NCBI GenBank assembly: GCA_025935195.1
Contig: JAICVS010000004.1
Span: forward strand, 107 to 64,106
Direction of reading: 5' to 3'
Length of the DNA: 64,000 nt
Source: Ktedonobacterales bacterium
Lineage (GTDB): Bacteria > Chloroflexota > Ktedonobacteria > Ktedonobacterales > JADMIN01
How positions within the stretch are numbered: the stretch's first letter is position 1; each line of letters opens with the position of its first letter. A model generated the notes under the pieces. That model saw nothing but the letters and a program-made list of their open reading frames with translations. It had not been told where the DNA came from and searched no databases. This document shows positions 61,971 to 64,000 of the stretch, in pieces. Both the position numbers and the translations under genes were made by a program.

Positions 61971-63869
61971 GTGGCGGCTAGCAACGCGGGCAACCTGCGC
62001 GCCGACGCGCGCATGAACGGGGCGACGGGCGGCGAAGTGGAGAACGAGGACGCGCTGGAAGGGCGGCACGAGGCTGGCAAGCGCGAAGTCGAGATGTACA
62101 TCCGCACGTACCAGACGCTCCTGCGCAGCTCCGGCGAGGTGGGCCTGAAGGCGCTCGTGCAGGCGCACTACAACATTGACTCCGTGCTACACCCGGAGGC
62201 CCGCTCCAGCAATCCCGATATGTCCGCCTTCATCTACACCGTCCTGCGCCTGCCGCTCGCCGTCCTCCAGTCCTCGCGCGTGCTGCTCGGCCAGTCCGAA
62301 GAGGTCTTCGCGCAGCACGGCTTCCAGGTCGAACAGTGGCAGGCCGCCAGCGCCTCCGCCCGCCGCCGCAAGTGGTTCTTCGACGGCAAGAATACGCTCG
62401 CCGCCTTCATCGCCAGCGTCAGCGACACCGACGACATCGTTCCCACGCTCGTCGCGCTCCAGATCGAGTGGAACAAGTTTCACTGGCTGCTCAACGCCGA
62501 TCCCACGACGATGCAACTGCTCGAAAGCCGGGTGGACCGCTCCTCGCCCGTCTATGCCGAGATCACGAAGGTGGTGCGCGAGCGGCTACATGTGACGCCG
62601 GAGGACTGGCGCCGCCTCGAAGTCATCTGGGGCGACTCGGTGTGGACGAATCTGCTGGCGATCGGCCGCGAGCGCAAGAATTTCACGCTGCGCATGCTCG
62701 GCGGCTCGCACGTCGGCTTCGTGCGCGCTACGCGCAAGTGGTGGAACCCGGTCGGCAAGCTGCTCGACGATATGCGCCTGAGCCGGCGGCCGATCTACTT
62801 CGTTTCCAGCAACACCCACAGCCTCGCCAACCTGCTCTCCGGCACCGCCGCGCGCCGTGAGGACGAGCTGGTGCGCTTCGCCACCGCCGGCGCGGACGCC
62901 TTCCTCGCGGATGAGTATCGCAAGATCAAGGAGGGCCGCTCCACCGGCAACTGGCAGAACTTCCTCTACTACGCCGCGCGTGAGTATCAGAAGACCTCGG
63001 CGGGCCAGGGCTTCACGCGCAGCCGGCCGGTGGAGGAGCAGGAGCGCGGCATCTGGTACATCGGCGCGCGCTACGGCCTCGAATTGGATGTGCAGGTCTT
63101 CGATCTCTCGAAGCTGCACCCCGCCGATCTCGATCCGCGCGTGCGCGTGCCGGGCATCGAGCGCATCGCCGAGAGCCGCGGCGTGATCGTCAACATTGAT
63201 TACCCGCTCGGCATGGCGGCGTACCGCGTGCTGCGTGAGGTGCAGGAGAACAACGCCGCCGTCAAGGGCATCTACATTCTCGGCAAGGCGGCGACGCTCA
63301 ACGGCAGCATCGGCGATGTGATGATCGCCAACGTCGTGCTGGACGAGCATAGCTCCAACACGTACTGGCTCGACAACTGCTTCAACGCCGCCGATGTCAA
63401 CAAGAATCTGGTCTTCGGCGCCGTGCTCGACAACCAGAAGGCCGTCTCTACCAAAGGCACCTTCCTGCAGAACCGCGCCTACCTGGACTTCTATTACCGC
63501 GCCAACTACAGCGTGGTGGAGATGGAGGCTGGCCCGTATCTGGACGCGGTGTACGAGAGCCTCTACATGACGCGCTACCCGATGGGCGACAACATCAACT
63601 TCGCCAAGCTGCCCTTCGACCTCGGCATCATCCACTACGCCTCGGACACGCCCTATACGCGCGGCAAGAACCTGGGCGCGGGCAGCCTGAGCTACTACGG
63701 CATGGACTCGACCTATGCCGCCACCATCGCCATTGCCCGGCGCATCCTGGAGAACGAGCTGGGCGGGACGCGCGGCGAGGCGGTGGCGCGCGCCGAGGCG
63801 CTCAAGCTGCGCCGCTCCGGCCAAGAGGGCGGCCGGCCACAACAGCCAGCGCCGGCCGGGCGCGGATGA
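61971..63869 (+). CDS. large protein with a C-terminal nucleoside phosphorylase-superfamily (PNP_UDP_1/AMP nucleosidase-like) domain
   Basis: The C-terminal region carries VIVNIDYPLGMAAY…, GIYILGKAATLNGSIGDVMI… and VVEMEAGPY, which are typical PNP/UDP-fold blocks. The N-terminal domain of about 380 aa is unassigned. GTG 61971 follows GAGAGGA. Confidence 0.75.
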   Translation: MAASNAGNLRADARMNGATGGEVENEDALEGRHEAGKREVEMYIRTYQTLLRSSGEVGLKALVQAHYNIDSVLHPEARSSNPDMSAFIYTVLRLPLAVLQSSRVLLGQSEEVFAQHGFQVEQWQAASASARRRKWFFDGKNTLAAFIASVSDTDDIVPTLVALQIEWNKFHWLLNADPTTMQLLESRVDRSSPVYAEITKVVRERLHVTPEDWRRLEVIWGDSVWTNLLAIGRERKNFTLRMLGGSHVGFVRATRKWWNPVGKLLDDMRLSRRPIYFVSSNTHSLANLLSGTAARREDELVRFATAGADAFLADEYRKIKEGRSTGNWQNFLYYAAREYQKTSAGQGFTRSRPVEEQERGIWYIGARYGLELDVQVFDLSKLHPADLDPRVRVPGIERIAESRGVIVNIDYPLGMAAYRVLREVQENNAAVKGIYILGKAATLNGSIGDVMIANVVLDEHSSNTYWLDNCFNAADVNKNLVFGAVLDNQKAVSTKGTFLQNRAYLDFYYRANYSVVEMEAGPYLDAVYESLYMTRYPMGDNINFAKLPFDLGIIHYASDTPYTRGKNLGAGSLSYYGMDSTYAATIAIARRILENELGGTRGEAVARAEALKLRRSGQEGGRPQQPAPAGRG

Positions 63870-63881
63870 GCGGGTTAGTCC

Positions 63882-64000
63882 TCACGCCGGCTCGATGGTG
63901 CTGGTCAGCCCGTAGCCTTCCAGCCGCTCGCGGTAATGCTCCGCCTGTTCCTTCAGGCAGATGATCACCTGCGCCATGCCCTCGGTGTGGGCTTCCAGCA
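63882..64000 (-). CDS. hypothetical protein, 3' end only (gene runs off the right edge)
   Basis: The rc reads …LEAHTEGMAQVIICLKEQAEHYRERLEGYGLTSTIEPA* with the stop at 63882-63884. Confidence 0.45.
   Translation of the reverse strand, partial: LEAHTEGMAQVIICLKEQAEHYRERLEGYGLTSTIEPA

Overview
This is a high-G+C bacterial chromosomal segment, roughly two-thirds G+C by eye. The gene content (MurT/GatD, an OpcA-containing pentose-phosphate operon, an F420-type LLM oxidoreductase, dense REP-like hairpins) suggests a Chloroflexota-like lineage, but the taxon cannot be proven from this sequence. I support about 55 protein genes, one tRNA-Leu(UAA), one IS607-type element and several IS or gene remnants.

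Main gene blocks:
- A UPF0175/PIN toxin-antitoxin pair.
- A Ca2+/H+ antiporter.
- A P-loop/TPR membrane ATPase.
- An orphan Eco57I-type N6-adenine DNA methyltransferase.
- HU.
- A chemosensory cassette (DUF4388, REC, CheW, CheA-REC) whose stop overlaps the murT start, followed by gatD.
- folK, hemA, uvrB, glgA.
- A membrane-anchored TIR-domain protein.
- A secreted GH+SGNH enzyme, a sugar transferase, recX.
- A complete oxidative pentose-phosphate operon (tal-pgi fusion, gnd, zwf, opcA, pgl, rpe).

Most interesting observations:
1. Four copies of an unannotated, AT-richer element of about 360 bp. Each starts with its own conserved sigma70-like promoter (TTGACA, 17 nt, TAAATT) whose spacer sequence varies between copies. 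A covarying 5' hairpin, an invariant CCTGAACAATCGCATA box, a helically phased array of TTGCC motifs, a long enclosing helix and a terminal 12-bp palindrome follow. This is a candidate novel multicopy ncRNA or a promoter-carrying mobile element.
2. Two genes are split in the ORF track by in-frame TGA codons that sit exactly at redox-motif positions: an Rdx/SelW-like CxxU and a ResA-like WAxxUGC. Both are best read as selenoproteins.
3. Three further short intergenic repeat families.

Many long ORFs in the six-frame track are antisense artefacts of the high G+C content and were rejected.
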